A stretch of DNA of 64,000 nt, from assembly GCF_006345805.1 (NCBI RefSeq), contig NW_021833050.1, positions 1 through 64,000 of the forward strand, read 5' to 3'. A program made the position numbers and the translations under genes. Source of the stretch: Octopus sinensis (lineage: Eukaryota). Numbering within the stretch: position 1 is the first letter of the stretch; the number at the start of each line of letters is the position of its first letter. Positions 63,729 to 64,000 of this stretch are shown here, in pieces. Under the pieces are notes generated by a model. The model made no database searches. It was not told the origin of the DNA and saw only the letters and a list, made by a program, of their open reading frames with translations.

Positions 63729-63802
63729 GTATTCTTCTTCATTATTATAGCTGTTGTTTCCAGCAGCACCAATACTCACTACAATCATCATCATCATCGT
63801 CA

Positions 63803-64000
63803 TTACAACATCAGTTCATCTTTGGCTCGGCCATCTCCTGGACACTTTCCAATCGGTTGAGTATGAAATCAGCCATATCAATGAAACATTCCGCACAGTT
63901 GGCGATGCGTAACTCGGCTTGACCGTCCGGCCCCTGCCTAGTCCTGTCCACACACGTACGTCCCATCGTTGCTCATTCAGGTTGTGAATCAGCGGCTGGA
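63803..64000 (-). pseudogene. TIMM8: Degenerate Tim8 paralogue, truncated by the window edge
   Basis: Aligns to the 57777 gene: QPLIHNLNEQRWDV/(+2 nt)/CVDRTRQGPDGQAELRIANCAECFIDMADFILNRLESVQ...DELML*. It has frameshifts and two of the four motif Cys changed to Arg. Confidence 0.8.

Overview
AT-rich, microsatellite- and SINE-dense eukaryotic genomic DNA, most likely from a coleoid cephalopod (Octopus-like; inferred from the repeat landscape only). Most ORFs in the supplied track are microsatellite or SINE artefacts; the real genes were found by reading splice sites. (1) The 5' part of a chitin synthase-like gene lies on the minus strand (exons 7481-8220, 3715-3960, 130-780, plus a possible first exon ending at 14020) and runs off the left edge. 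It carries several homopolymer-associated frameshifts. (2) A complete 7-exon PDZD11 orthologue lies on the plus strand (29800-48117, 151 aa). (3) An intronless small-Tim TIMM8 gene lies at 57777-58040 (minus), with a frameshifted, cysteine-losing paralogue at the right edge. (4) A possible small unidentified gene has two candidate exons (minus, 23425-20383). The rest is tRNA-derived SINEs (about four families), RTE and CR1 LINE fragments, non-autonomous Helitrons, TIR MITEs, palindromes and tandem arrays. The most striking unexplained signal is a set of type-I hammerhead-ribozyme-shaped motifs (CUGANGA...GAAA-palindrome-UH) in several unrelated repeat families. These include intact cores at 19541-19630, 54645-54690 and 55285-55526, and a 14-copy, 225-250 bp tandem array in PDZD11 intron 5 with one hammerhead-like motif per unit (retrozyme-like). 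No rRNA, true tRNA or CRISPR array was seen.
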